Positions 46,251-55,484 of a stretch of DNA of 56,174 bases are shown piece by piece. Origin of the DNA: an uncultured virus (IMG/VR IMGVR_UViG_3300027906_000005) (taxonomy: Duplodnaviria > Heunggongvirae > Uroviricota > Caudoviricetes); IMG/VR virus record IMGVR_UViG_3300027906_000005; one strand, written 5' to 3'. Under the pieces are notes generated by a model that ran no database searches, was not told the DNA's origin, and was given only the letters and a program-made list of their open reading frames with translations. The position numbers were made by a program, and so were the translations under genes. The first letter of the stretch is position 1; the number at the start of each line of letters is the position of its first letter.

Positions 46251-47709
46251 TGTTATTATTCAAAAGAAGAACGAAGTATATCTGACAGTTGAATGTGAAC
46301 CTCATGTAGGTCACGAGCTAGCAGATGAGTTTACTTTTGAGGTGCCTCAAGCCAAGTTCATGTCAGCGTACAAGAAGAGGTTTTGGGATGGAAAAATCAA
46401 GTTATTCTCCCCAGGTACAGGCGAGATTTATGTTGGTCTTCTCCCTTATATTACTTCGTTTTGCGAAGAAAGGGGGTACGAAATCATCCATCGGGACAAC
46501 GAATTTTATGGACTTCCATCGACGGTGGATGAGTTCATTACGCCCGAAGGAGTAGGTGAGTTCGTTAAGTCATTGAATCTGCCACACAAGGTAAGGGACT
46601 ATCAGTACAAGGGTATCTACGAAGCCCTACGTAATAAGCGTAAGTTACTATTGTCACCTACAGGATCTGGCAAGTCCTTAATGATATATGCACTTACTAG
46701 ATTCTTTGAGAAGAAGGATTTAAAGACACTCATAGTAGTTCCTACTACATCACTCGTCGAACAGATGTATAAGGACTTTGAAGACTATGGATGGAACTCA
46801 GAGTTTCATTGTCACAAAGTATATGCAGGAGCATCTCCTAACTCCAAGAAGAATGTTGTCATAACTACATGGCAGTCAGTATATAAATTACCTAAAAACT
46901 ATTTCAATGACTTTGGTGCTATCATAGGAGATGAAGCACATCTATTCAAAGCTAAGTCATTGACCAATATAATGAATAAACTATATGACTGTAAGTATCG
47001 CGTAGGGTTCACAGGTACCTTAGATGGTACTCAGACTAATCGTTTAGTACTAGAGGGTGTCTTCGGTACGGTTGATAGGGTTACTAAGACAGAGAGGCTT
47101 ATTGAACAGGGTCATCTCTCTGAGTTTGAGATTAAAGTACTAGTACTCAAACATCCACCACAATCATTTGATACCTATCAGCAAGAGATGGATTATCTTG
47201 TTGAGCATGAGGGAAGGAATAGATTCATTCGCAACTTAGTTTGTGATTTGTCTGGGAACACACTTGTCCTGTTCAACTACGTTGAACGGCATGGTATGCC
47301 ATTATTTGAGTTGATAAATAATAAGGTAGGGAAAGACCGCTTGGTCTTTTTAGTCCATGGAGGAGTGGAAACAGATGACAGAGAAAAGACTAGACAGATC
47401 GCTGAAACTACGCAAGATTCAATCATTGTTGCCAGCTATGGGACTTTTAGTACTGGTATCAATATCAGGAATCTTCATAACATCGTGTTCGCAAGCCCCT
47501 CAAAGTCCAGAATTAGAAATCTCCAATCCATTGGCAGAGTCCTCAGAAGGGGAGTAGATAAAAAGAAAGCAGTGCTCTATGACATTGCAGACAACATATC
47601 TAAAGGAGCACAAAGAAACTATACATTGAACCATCTTGTAGAACGTGTGAAAATATACAATGAAGAAAACTTTAACTATGAGTTCATCGATGTCAGAATC
47701 GGAAAGTAA
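46240..47709 (+). CDS. uvsW: SF2 helicase UvsW
   Basis: 'RDYQ', 'SPTGSGKS', 'DEAH', 'FTGTL', 'FSTGINIRNLHN', 'LQSIGRVLR'. Confidence 0.95.
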   Translation: MKSNVIIQKKNEVYLTVECEPHVGHELADEFTFEVPQAKFMSAYKKRFWDGKIKLFSPGTGEIYVGLLPYITSFCEERGYEIIHRDNEFYGLPSTVDEFITPEGVGEFVKSLNLPHKVRDYQYKGIYEALRNKRKLLLSPTGSGKSLMIYALTRFFEKKDLKTLIVVPTTSLVEQMYKDFEDYGWNSEFHCHKVYAGASPNSKKNVVITTWQSVYKLPKNYFNDFGAIIGDEAHLFKAKSLTNIMNKLYDCKYRVGFTGTLDGTQTNRLVLEGVFGTVDRVTKTERLIEQGHLSEFEIKVLVLKHPPQSFDTYQQEMDYLVEHEGRNRFIRNLVCDLSGNTLVLFNYVERHGMPLFELINNKVGKDRLVFLVHGGVETDDREKTRQIAETTQDSIIVASYGTFSTGINIRNLHNIVFASPSKSRIRNLQSIGRVLRRGVDKKKAVLYDIADNISKGAQRNYTLNHLVERVKIYNEENFNYEFIDVRIGK

Positions 47710-47710
47710 A

Positions 47711-48082
47711 ATGGAAAGACCAGAATTTCTCGCCGCTATAAAATTAGTATCGGGTGAGGAAATTCTTGCTGTCTCTACCCATGTACATGATGAAAATGGC
47801 GACTATATAATTGTGGAGAACCCTATAGAGGTTGAAGAGGTCACACTACAAGGTAATAAGCAGGGAGCAAAAGTTTCTCCATGGATGAAATTTTCACGCG
47901 AGGAACAATTTATAATTCCTAAAGATAAAGTTATTACTGTTGTCGAAGTTGATACTGAGGTTCAAATATTCTATGCAATGTCTTTAAGGAGACTTAATGG
48001 TGACACCATTACAGATGCAGGAAGAATATCTACAGTAGAAGAAGCTCGTATACAACTCAATAAGATATTTAATAAAGGCTAA
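47711..48082 (+). CDS. Conserved T4-like protein, probable Sm-like fold
   Basis: 'IKLVSGEEIL', 'VENP', 'PWM'; the start at 47711 directly follows the uvsW stop. Confidence 0.6.
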   Translation: MERPEFLAAIKLVSGEEILAVSTHVHDENGDYIIVENPIEVEEVTLQGNKQGAKVSPWMKFSREEQFIIPKDKVITVVEVDTEVQIFYAMSLRRLNGDTITDAGRISTVEEARIQLNKIFNKG

Positions 48083-48106
48083 CCCCTTCTGACCTCGCAC
48101 ACTCGT

Positions 48107-48135
48107 ATTGTACAGGGATTTCATAACCTTGTCAA
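48107..48135 (-). promoter_or_regulatory. Sigma70-type promoter on the minus strand (antisense towards uvsW)
   Basis: Minus strand reads TTGACA (48135-48130)-N17-TACAAT (48112-48107). Confidence 0.55.
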
Positions 48136-48142
48136 GCCCCCA

Positions 48143-48171
48143 TTGACATTGTGGTGGTTTTGATATAAAAT
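48143..48171 (+). promoter_or_regulatory. Sigma70-type early promoter of g55
   Basis: TTGACA (48143-48148)-N17-TAAAAT (48166-48171). Confidence 0.8.
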
Positions 48172-48193
48172 ATATGTACACAACCATAAACAC

Positions 48194-48667
48194 ATGGCAG
48201 TTAGAAAGAAGGTACAGAGTGAGCATTATGTAAATAATAAAGAGTTCCTAGAAGCACTTGTTATTTTCAAAAAGAAGTGTGCTGAAGCGAAGGAAGCGGG
48301 TACACCCCGACCCCGCATTAGTAATTACATCGGGGAATGCTTTTTAAAGATTGCTACTCATCTATCATACAAACCAAACTTTGTCAATTACATGTTCCGA
48401 GAGGATATGATATGTGATGGCATTGAGAACTGTGTACAATACATAGAGAATTTTAATCCAGCAAAGTCGAACAATCCCTTTGCTTATTTCACACAGATTA
48501 TATACTACGCATTTCTTAGAAGGATTCAGAAAGAGAAACGTCAGCTAGAAATCAAGAACAAGATTTTAACTAAGTCTGGATATGATCAGGTGTTCCACAC
48601 CGATGATAAGTCAGGTCATTCAGACTATAATACCATCAAGGAGAACGTAGAGATAAGGATTAAGTGA
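48194..48667 (+). CDS. g55: Late transcription sigma factor gp55
   Basis: 'HYVNNKEFL', 'YIGECFLKIA.HLS.KPNF.NY', 'NPFAYFTQI.YYAFLRRI.KEK'. Confidence 0.95.
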   Translation: MAVRKKVQSEHYVNNKEFLEALVIFKKKCAEAKEAGTPRPRISNYIGECFLKIATHLSYKPNFVNYMFREDMICDGIENCVQYIENFNPAKSNNPFAYFTQIIYYAFLRRIQKEKRQLEIKNKILTKSGYDQVFHTDDKSGHSDYNTIKENVEIRIK

Positions 48668-49317
48668 CATACCCTGTTACAATTGTAGATGACTTCTTTG
48701 AGAATCCTGATCAAATAGTAGAGATGGCAGAGGGGATGAAATACTTCACCCCTGACACAGGTAATTGGCCAGGTACTAGAACAAAGATGATGCACCTGGA
48801 GAATGATAGGTTCTTCAATTACTTTGGTGAGAAGCTCCATCTATTATTCCATGATCAGGCACCTGACTATTGGAACATGCAACTACACTTTCAAAGGATA
48901 GAACCTTTTGCGGGTGACAAGTGGGATAGAAGGAATAGAGGATGGATCCATCAAGACATTGACACATTCTTTGGTGGCATAGTATACTTAGGAAAAGATC
49001 CTGAACCAGATACAGGAACGTCGCTCTATCGTGTCAAGAATGGGTATGCTCTACAGTATGCAGATGAGATATCCATGAAGGAGAAATTATATAGAGGTGA
49101 GGAGATTAATATTGATGAGTATAACAGAGCATATGATTCTGCTCATGACCAATACATTGAGACTGTTAAGGTTGAGAATGTATACAATAGGTTTGTAATG
49201 TTCAATAACAAAGTTCACCATGGAGTGCAAACTTTTGGAACTAAACCTAGATTAACATTGAATTTCTTTGGTATGGCAATGACTGGTAAGCTCCCACCCC
49301 TTTTAAAAGCAAGATGA
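48664..49317 (+). CDS. 2OG-Fe(II) oxygenase (DUF6445-like)
   Basis: GTG start; 'IVDDFF.NPD', 'WPG.RT', HQD, 'GTSLY', 'YNRFVMF...HHG', 'RLT'. Confidence 0.8.
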   Translation: MTYPVTIVDDFFENPDQIVEMAEGMKYFTPDTGNWPGTRTKMMHLENDRFFNYFGEKLHLLFHDQAPDYWNMQLHFQRIEPFAGDKWDRRNRGWIHQDIDTFFGGIVYLGKDPEPDTGTSLYRVKNGYALQYADEISMKEKLYRGEEINIDEYNRAYDSAHDQYIETVKVENVYNRFVMFNNKVHHGVQTFGTKPRLTLNFFGMAMTGKLPPLLKAR

Positions 49318-50360
49318 AGATAGCAATAATAACTGATCAGCATTTTGGTGCAAGGAAATCTAGTCGTACCTTCCATGATTTCTTTAAGAAGTTTTATGAT
49401 AATGTCTTCTTTCCTACCCTAAAAAAACGCGGGATCGATACTGTCCTTGACCTAGGTGATACTTTTGATAACCGTAGGAACTTAGATCTATGGGCTGCTA
49501 AGTGGAGTAAGGATAATTATTTTACTAAGTTAAAGGAGATGGGTATTACAATCCATTCTTTAGTTGGGAATCACACTGCGTATTTTAAAGATACCAATAG
49601 GGTCAATACACTTGAGAGTGTCCTTGGTGAGTATGATAATATTAAGATCTATGATAAAGCTACTGAGGTTATGATAGGTGGTTTACCTATCCTATTCATT
49701 CCTTGGATCAATCAAGAGAATGAAGAGGAGACCTATGCTCTCATTGAACAGAGTGAATGTCCAGTAGCAATGGGTCACCTAGAACTCAATGGGTTTGAGG
49801 CACATAGAGGATACATCATGGATCATGGTAATCCTACTTCTCCATATAAGAAATTTGAAAAGGTATTCTCAGGACATTATCATCAGAAGAGTACTAGAGA
49901 AAATATAACATACTTAGGTAATCCATATCAGATCTATTGGAATGATTATAACTCTAAACGTGGGTTCCATATCTTCGATACTAATACTCAGAAGCTAGAG
50001 TATATACCGAACCCTTATGAGATCTATGCTAAGATCTATTACAATGAAGATAAGTTAAATAGTAGTAGATTTGATTACGCAGATTACACCAATAATTTTA
50101 TAAAGATTATTGTTGATAAGAAGACAGATTCTAGTAAGTTTGAATTTTTTATTAGTCAGTTATATGCTGCTGGTGTCCATGAGATAAAAGTTATTGAAGA
50201 CCCTTCCTTTGAACAAGATTTGAACGAAGAGATTGATATTGAAAGGGAAGATACCTTGACTATACTAGAGAAGTATGTTGATGATATTGAACACTCTGAT
50301 AAACCTGCACTTAAGTCTATTTTAAAATCACTTTATATTGAAGCACTGGAGATAGCATGA
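49314..50360 (+). CDS. g47: Recombination nuclease gp47 (Mre11/SbcD-like)
   Basis: Metallophosphoesterase motifs DQHFG, LGDTFD, GNH, GHLE and SGHYH. Confidence 0.95.
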   Translation: MKIAIITDQHFGARKSSRTFHDFFKKFYDNVFFPTLKKRGIDTVLDLGDTFDNRRNLDLWAAKWSKDNYFTKLKEMGITIHSLVGNHTAYFKDTNRVNTLESVLGEYDNIKIYDKATEVMIGGLPILFIPWINQENEEETYALIEQSECPVAMGHLELNGFEAHRGYIMDHGNPTSPYKKFEKVFSGHYHQKSTRENITYLGNPYQIYWNDYNSKRGFHIFDTNTQKLEYIPNPYEIYAKIYYNEDKLNSSRFDYADYTNNFIKIIVDKKTDSSKFEFFISQLYAAGVHEIKVIEDPSFEQDLNEEIDIEREDTLTILEKYVDDIEHSDKPALKSILKSLYIEALEIA

Positions 50361-50617
50361 TGCACATACTGGCGATCAAGGGTAAGGAGAATGAAGGTGC
50401 CTATGCAGTCAATGCAGAGAATGATAAGCAATTAGTCTACATGTTCCTTGACAAAGACGACGCAGTACGCTATGCTGGACTCCTGGAGGCTGATGACTTC
50501 CCAGAGATGTCAGTAGTTGAGGTGGATGATAGAGAGATCATTCATGCCTGTGTTACCCATGGTCACGAATACTATGTGGTAACTCCTGATGACATTGTGG
50601 TACCGCCTAGAGATTAG
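50357..50617 (+). CDS. DUF3110-like small protein
   Basis: 'EGAYAV...MF..KDDAVRYAGLLEA.DFP...V..VD...C.......VVPP' resembles the cyanobacterial DUF3110 family. Confidence 0.65.
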   Translation: MMHILAIKGKENEGAYAVNAENDKQLVYMFLDKDDAVRYAGLLEADDFPEMSVVEVDDREIIHACVTHGHEYYVVTPDDIVVPPRD

Positions 50618-52333
50618 ATGATCCTTTTTAAATCAATCCGTTGGAAGAATTTTCTATCAACGGGGAATGTATTCAGTGAGATCAAATTAGATTCTAGTCC
50701 TGCCACCTTAATCGTTGGTACAAACGGTGCTGGTAAATCCACATTCCTGGATGCCATGTGCTTTGCTTTGTTCAACAAACCTTTTCGTAAAATAACTAAA
50801 GGTCAATTGATCAATGCAGTTAATGAAAAGGACTGCTTAGTTGAGGTAGATTTCTCCATTGGTTCCCGTAACTATATGGTACGTCGAGGTATTAAACCTG
50901 GAGTATTTGAGATACATCTTAATGATGAGATGCTTAATCAAGAAGCATCCGTACAAGAACAGCAGAAGCATCTGGAACAGAGTATTCTGAGACTGAACTA
51001 CAAGTCATTTACTCAGGTGGTGGTCTTAGGATCATCTAGCTTTGTTCCTTTCATGCAACTTACACCCCCTAATAGGAGAGAAGTTATTGAAGATCTTCTT
51101 GATATTCGTATCTTCTCTACTATGAATAATCTTCTCAAGGAGAAAGCTAAAGGGGTTAAAGAAATTATTAGGGATGCTGAGTATAAGTTTGAACTTATAA
51201 AAGAGAAGGTGGAGATGCAGCAAAGGTTTATTGCTGATCTCACAGAACAATCCAGTGCTAACCAAGCAGCAGGTAGAGAAGAGATAGAAGGAATAGAGGG
51301 TGAGATATCCCGTCTTATGACTGAGGTTGCTGATGGATTAGATGTATCTGCATCACATGAGAAGAGCCTAGATAGTTATGGGAATGTTGAAGAAGAGGTA
51401 TCACAACTTAGACTATATGAATCTAGGTTTACTGACCGAAAGAAAGCATTCAAAAAAGAACTTAAATTTTTTGAGAAAAATGATAGTTGTCCGACTTGCA
51501 AGTCCATCATCACAGACGATGTTAGAGTTAATAAGAAAGCTGAAATTACTTCGTCCATCGACGAAATAGAGAAAGCAGCAGTTGCATTAGATGGTAAGTT
51601 AAAATCTATTCTCACCCAAGTGTCTGAGAAGCAACTGGTTATAACTGAACTCATGGGTGTTCAGCAAAAGATTAGTGAATGTAATAGAGAGATTCAGTGG
51701 AGAAAGAAAGAGATTAAGAAGATTGAAAAGAAGATGTCTTCTCCTCAGTCTGACAATCTTGATAGAGAGAAGGATAAATTAAAAGCATTAGCTCATGAAG
51801 GGATGGAACTTGGAAGTGAGTTATCTGACAATAAGAGAGTTCGTGATAACCATGATGTAGTTTTTAATATGCTAAAGGATACTGGTATCAAGGCAGGGAT
51901 TATTAAAAGATACTTACCTGTCATGAATCAGTTAATCAATAGGTATCTTAAGGAACTAGATTTCTATGTGTCCTTTGATCTTGATGAGAATTTTGTAGAG
52001 ACTATCAAGTCTAGGTTCAGAGATGAGTTCTGTTATGCTTCCTTCTCTGAAGGAGAGAAGATGAGGATTGACCTTGCCCTTCTCTTTACTTGGAGAACCA
52101 TTGCTAAGATGAAGAACAGTGCTAATACTAATCTGTTGGTACTTGATGAAATCTTTGACAGTAGTTTGGATACATCTGGTACTGATGACTTCTTAAAGAT
52201 TTTACATACAGTATCTGATAGCACTAATGTCTTTGTGATATCCCACAAGACTGATGCACTACAAGACAAATTTGCTTCTACTCTTAAAGTTACAAAGCAA
52301 CAAAACTTCTCAGTTATCACTAGAGAAGAATAA
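50618..52333 (+). CDS. g46: Recombination ATPase gp46 (Rad50/SbcC-like)
   Basis: Walker A 'GTNGAGKST', zinc hook 'CPTC', signature 'FSEGEK', Walker B 'LVLDEIFD', H-loop 'ISH'. Confidence 0.96.
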   Translation: MILFKSIRWKNFLSTGNVFSEIKLDSSPATLIVGTNGAGKSTFLDAMCFALFNKPFRKITKGQLINAVNEKDCLVEVDFSIGSRNYMVRRGIKPGVFEIHLNDEMLNQEASVQEQQKHLEQSILRLNYKSFTQVVVLGSSSFVPFMQLTPPNRREVIEDLLDIRIFSTMNNLLKEKAKGVKEIIRDAEYKFELIKEKVEMQQRFIADLTEQSSANQAAGREEIEGIEGEISRLMTEVADGLDVSASHEKSLDSYGNVEEEVSQLRLYESRFTDRKKAFKKELKFFEKNDSCPTCKSIITDDVRVNKKAEITSSIDEIEKAAVALDGKLKSILTQVSEKQLVITELMGVQQKISECNREIQWRKKEIKKIEKKMSSPQSDNLDREKDKLKALAHEGMELGSELSDNKRVRDNHDVVFNMLKDTGIKAGIIKRYLPVMNQLINRYLKELDFYVSFDLDENFVETIKSRFRDEFCYASFSEGEKMRIDLALLFTWRTIAKMKNSANTNLLVLDEIFDSSLDTSGTDDFLKILHTVSDSTNVFVISHKTDALQDKFASTLKVTKQQNFSVITREE

Positions 52334-52336
52334 ATA
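52329..52336 (+). promoter_or_regulatory. Late promoter variant AATAAATA
   Basis: Overlaps the g46 stop, upstream of the ATG at 52358. Confidence 0.5.
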
Positions 52337-52357
52337 AAACCACTACCAATTTCTATT

Positions 52358-52804
52358 ATGACATATTCAGGCGGTATCGCTGGTGTTCCAGTACCCAATG
52401 GCAATTTAACTTCAGGTAATGCAATACCAGGAAATGATATATCCGATGGTGGACCAGGGTTGGTTCCAGAAAAGATTGAGAATCCAGTACCAGAAGATCA
52501 AAGGCATCTATTTGAATCAGGTCACGGAGAAAATCCAACTAAACCCCCAATGAATTATCCTGGTACTGGTGGGTATAATGATCCCAATATGAACCCTGCT
52601 ACTTCACCTAATGGTGGACTGCATCATCAAAGTTATGTCCAGCATGACTGGAGCAGACAAGACCATCTTGATCTTATTGCAAAGATGGATGCTCTTAATC
52701 ATAAGTTCGATCACGTTCTTGAGCACTTCCATGCTAATCAAACATGGACTGCTAACCTAGGTGGTGGACACTCTCTCACCTTCAAAAAGGATTCAGCAGG
52801 GTAA
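52358..52804 (+). CDS. Pro/Gly/Asn-rich hypothetical protein (148 aa)
   Basis: Low-complexity N-terminus with a short coiled coil near the C-terminus. Confidence 0.6.
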   Translation: MTYSGGIAGVPVPNGNLTSGNAIPGNDISDGGPGLVPEKIENPVPEDQRHLFESGHGENPTKPPMNYPGTGGYNDPNMNPATSPNGGLHHQSYVQHDWSRQDHLDLIAKMDALNHKFDHVLEHFHANQTWTANLGGGHSLTFKKDSAG

Positions 52805-52831
52805 TGTTAATAAATATGACACTGGTGCTAC

Positions 52832-52861
52832 TTGACACAGCCTTGACAGGTGGTGTATTAT
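52832..52861 (+). promoter_or_regulatory. Sigma70-type promoter
   Basis: TTGACA (52832-52837)-N18-TATTAT (52856-52861); a second TTGACA lies at 52843. Confidence 0.5.
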
Positions 52862-52883
52862 GGTATGTGTACGCACGTATCTT

Positions 52884-53072
52884 ATGACCCTAAAGTCCCA
52901 TACGATCGAGAAGAAGAACCCACAGCACAACCAAGAGTGGTCGTGGGAAGAAACACCTGAACTGCTAACTGCTCTGGAGAAGCTCAATGAAAGTTCCCAA
53001 TTGGCAGCATCACTCAAAGAAGGATGCAAAACGAAAACTCAAACCACAGGCGTTGCGCCAAGCAAGAGCTAG
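52884..53072 (+). CDS. Small hypothetical protein (MTLKSHTIEKK...)
   Basis: ATG downstream of the promoter; 'WSWEETPEL' motif; its tail overlaps the next ORF. Confidence 0.45.
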   Translation: MTLKSHTIEKKNPQHNQEWSWEETPELLTALEKLNESSQLAASLKEGCKTKTQTTGVAPSKS

Positions 53073-53250
53073 ACGCAACCAGTTGATAAAGTGTCTACTC
53101 AAGACCTCTTCCAGACGGAAGGGGTCTTATAGTATGTACATACACGAGGAACCCCATGAACTTAGTCAAGGAATCACTAGCAAAATTACTTGCCCAAGAG
53201 GACTTGATTGTAGAGCACCGTCAAGTCAGTACCGCACAGTTCAATGTTGA
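52987..53250 (+). CDS. Small basic protein (MKVPNWQHHSKK...)
   Basis: The N-terminal 'PNWQHHSKK..KRKLKPQALRQA' resembles a recurrent cyanophage small protein; the C-terminal extension overlaps the next gene. Confidence 0.5.
   Translation: MKVPNWQHHSKKDAKRKLKPQALRQARARRNQLIKCLLKTSSRRKGSYSMYIHEEPHELSQGITSKITCPRGLDCRAPSSQYRTVQC
53101..53128 (+). promoter_or_regulatory. Inverted repeat upstream of the HEXXH/vWA gene
   Basis: AAGACCTCTTCC-AGAC-GGAAGGGGTCTT (one G:U pair), adjoining a TATAGT -10-like hexamer. Confidence 0.5.
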
Positions 53251-55342
53251 GAGTAGAGTATTAACACTCCCACAATGGTCTCACCGTGATAATTCAGTGG
53301 TAGATTCCTTGATTGCCCATGAGGTTGGTCACGCACTCTACACTCCTAATGAGTGGGGGTGGGAAGGTGAGGTTCCAATGCAGTTTGTTAATGTATGTGA
53401 GGATATAAGAATTGAGAAGTTGATGAAGCGTAGGTACGGTGGTCTTGCTAAGACCTTCTATAAGGGGTATGAGATCCTCTCTGATGAGGACTTCTTTCAG
53501 GTTGAGGGTAAAGACCTTACTGAGTTTAATCTTGCAGATAGATTGAATATACATTTCAAGATTGGTAACTTTGTTACTGTTCCTTTTGATTCAACTGAGC
53601 AAGAGTTCCTTGATGATGCTAACAAGTTAGAGAAGTTTGAAGATGCTGTTTCTCTTGCTAAAAGGATCTATGCATACTCTGCTGCAGAGCAAGAAGCAAA
53701 GGATAAAGAGGATGCAGAGGAGAAAGGTGTTCAACAGGAGTTGCCCCTTGATGGACAAGAGGGTGGTGGTGATCAAGAACAAGAGCAAGAAGGAAGACCT
53801 GATTTAGGTAAGGATGATACTGAGTATGAAGATCAGCAGTCTGAAGTAGAACAGCATTTAGAGCAGCAACTTCAGGAACAAAATCAAAGTGAGGAAGGTC
53901 CTAGTGGTGGCAGTCAAGCAGGTAGGAATGATGGTCCTCTTAAATCTGAACCAAAAGTTACGACTGCTGATCATCTTGAGGAAGCACTTAAAGATTTGGT
54001 TAAGAAAGATGCACCTGAACTTAACTATGTTGAAATCCCTAAGACAGTTGGTGATGTTGTAATTTCAAATAAAGAAGTATCTGATGTACTAGATAGCTAC
54101 TACAGTCAGAAGGAAGAATTAGAATCACAGCAAGATTATGCTGATGAGTATGAATTAATGCTCTCTAGGCAGTACACAAGAAACTTAAGAGGGATTGATG
54201 ATGAGTATAATAAGTATAAAGTTTCAGCAAATAAGGAAGTCAACTATTTGGTTAAGGAGTTTGAGTGTAAGAAAGCAGCTGACAGTTATGCTCGTGCTAC
54301 TACTAGTCGCACTGGGGTTCTCGATACAGCGAAGCTTCACACTTACAAATATAACGAAGATCTTTTCAGAAAAGTAACTACTCTTCCTGAGGGTAAGAAC
54401 CATGGATTAATCTTTAACTTAGATTGGTCTGGGTCTATGCACCATAGCATCAGGTCAACCATGAAGCAGTTACTTACATTAGTATCATTCTGTCGTAAGG
54501 TTGGAATTGCTTATGATGTATATCTCTTCTCCGATTCTTATAAGAAGCAAGAACATTACATACATGAGGATGCTTCAGCAGAAGGTAAGATTGTATGTCA
54601 CAACTTTAATATGGTTAACGTATTAACTAGCAGTGCTAATAATCGTAAGCATGATAGACAAGCAAAGAACTTATTCCGTCTTGCATCTGCTTTTGCTGGC
54701 GGTGGTGCTGGTGGTCCTTACCAATTACAATTAGGTGGTACTCCTCTTAATGAAGCAATGGTAGCTATGAATGATATTATTCCTGCATTCCAAAAGCGTA
54801 CAGGTTCTCAGAAAGTTCATGTTATGAATTTAACTGATGGTGAGGGTTATCCTGTAGGTTATGGTAAGAAGGTTAATCATTATAGAACTGGTGAGGCAAC
54901 TGTTATCCGTGGTAGAATTGATCACAACACATTCTTACGTGACCGTGTAACTGGACAGTCACATCAATTCCTTGATGGGTATGATCAGACTAATACTTTC
55001 ATTACTCAACTTCGTAATAGGTTCCCACAATGTGAGATTATGAACATCCGTCTTCTTAATGGTAACGAGTGGAATAGATTCAAGCGTCAGTGCTTAGGTC
55101 ATAATATATCAGCGTGGGCAGATGCTGACACTGAGTGGAAGAAGTCAAGGTCATTCATTTGCACTTCTTCAGCTTATAGTGTACAATATGCATTGTTCAC
55201 TGGTGCTCTTGACAATGAAGTGGACTTTGAAGTACAAGAAGATGCTACAAAGGCACAAATCAAGAGAGCATTTGCTAAGACACTCAAGTCTAAGACAATG
55301 AATAAGAAAATTCTTACTTCATTCGTTGAACGTATAGCATAA
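53156..55342 (+). CDS. HEXXH metallopeptidase-like plus vWA (MIDAS) protein, CobT-like architecture
   Basis: 'AHEVGH' and 'NVCEDIRIE', acidic linker, MIDAS 'DWSGSM', 'GGTPL' and 'LTDGE'. Confidence 0.85.
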   Translation: MNLVKESLAKLLAQEDLIVEHRQVSTAQFNVESRVLTLPQWSHRDNSVVDSLIAHEVGHALYTPNEWGWEGEVPMQFVNVCEDIRIEKLMKRRYGGLAKTFYKGYEILSDEDFFQVEGKDLTEFNLADRLNIHFKIGNFVTVPFDSTEQEFLDDANKLEKFEDAVSLAKRIYAYSAAEQEAKDKEDAEEKGVQQELPLDGQEGGGDQEQEQEGRPDLGKDDTEYEDQQSEVEQHLEQQLQEQNQSEEGPSGGSQAGRNDGPLKSEPKVTTADHLEEALKDLVKKDAPELNYVEIPKTVGDVVISNKEVSDVLDSYYSQKEELESQQDYADEYELMLSRQYTRNLRGIDDEYNKYKVSANKEVNYLVKEFECKKAADSYARATTSRTGVLDTAKLHTYKYNEDLFRKVTTLPEGKNHGLIFNLDWSGSMHHSIRSTMKQLLTLVSFCRKVGIAYDVYLFSDSYKKQEHYIHEDASAEGKIVCHNFNMVNVLTSSANNRKHDRQAKNLFRLASAFAGGGAGGPYQLQLGGTPLNEAMVAMNDIIPAFQKRTGSQKVHVMNLTDGEGYPVGYGKKVNHYRTGEATVIRGRIDHNTFLRDRVTGQSHQFLDGYDQTNTFITQLRNRFPQCEIMNIRLLNGNEWNRFKRQCLGHNISAWADADTEWKKSRSFICTSSAYSVQYALFTGALDNEVDFEVQEDATKAQIKRAFAKTLKSKTMNKKILTSFVERIA

Positions 55343-55368
55343 TGTTCGGATAACCGAACAGTATGGGG

Positions 55369-55397
55369 TTGCGTAAACAATCCAAATGCTATATAAT
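55369..55397 (+). promoter_or_regulatory. Sigma70-type promoter with upstream palindrome
   Basis: TTGCGT (55369-55374)-N17-TATAAT (55392-55397); perfect inverted repeat TGTTCGG-ATAA-CCGAACA at 55343-55360. Confidence 0.7.
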
Positions 55398-55403
55398 ATT
55401 GTC

Positions 55404-55484
55404 AGATTGATAAAAGTCTCTGGTAACCCCAGTCGCTTTAATCAATCTCCACAATTCTACAGTCCTGGTAACCCCAGATCGCTG
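55404..55484 (+). ncRNA. Candidate structured leader RNA with two identical apical hairpins
   Basis: CTGGTAACCCCAG at 55420-55432 and 55465-55477; the first is closed by an AGATTGAT/ATCAATCT outer stem. Confidence 0.45.

Noticed and set aside
53156..55342. Genuine cobaltochelatase CobT for cobalamin synthesis
   Set aside because: Only the vWA architecture is shared; it has a HEXXH domain and there are no cobalamin pathway genes in the window.
55404..55484. tRNA, mini-CRISPR or terminator
   Set aside because: No cloverleaf or T-loop, only two 13-nt repeats with no cas genes, and no U tract after the stems.
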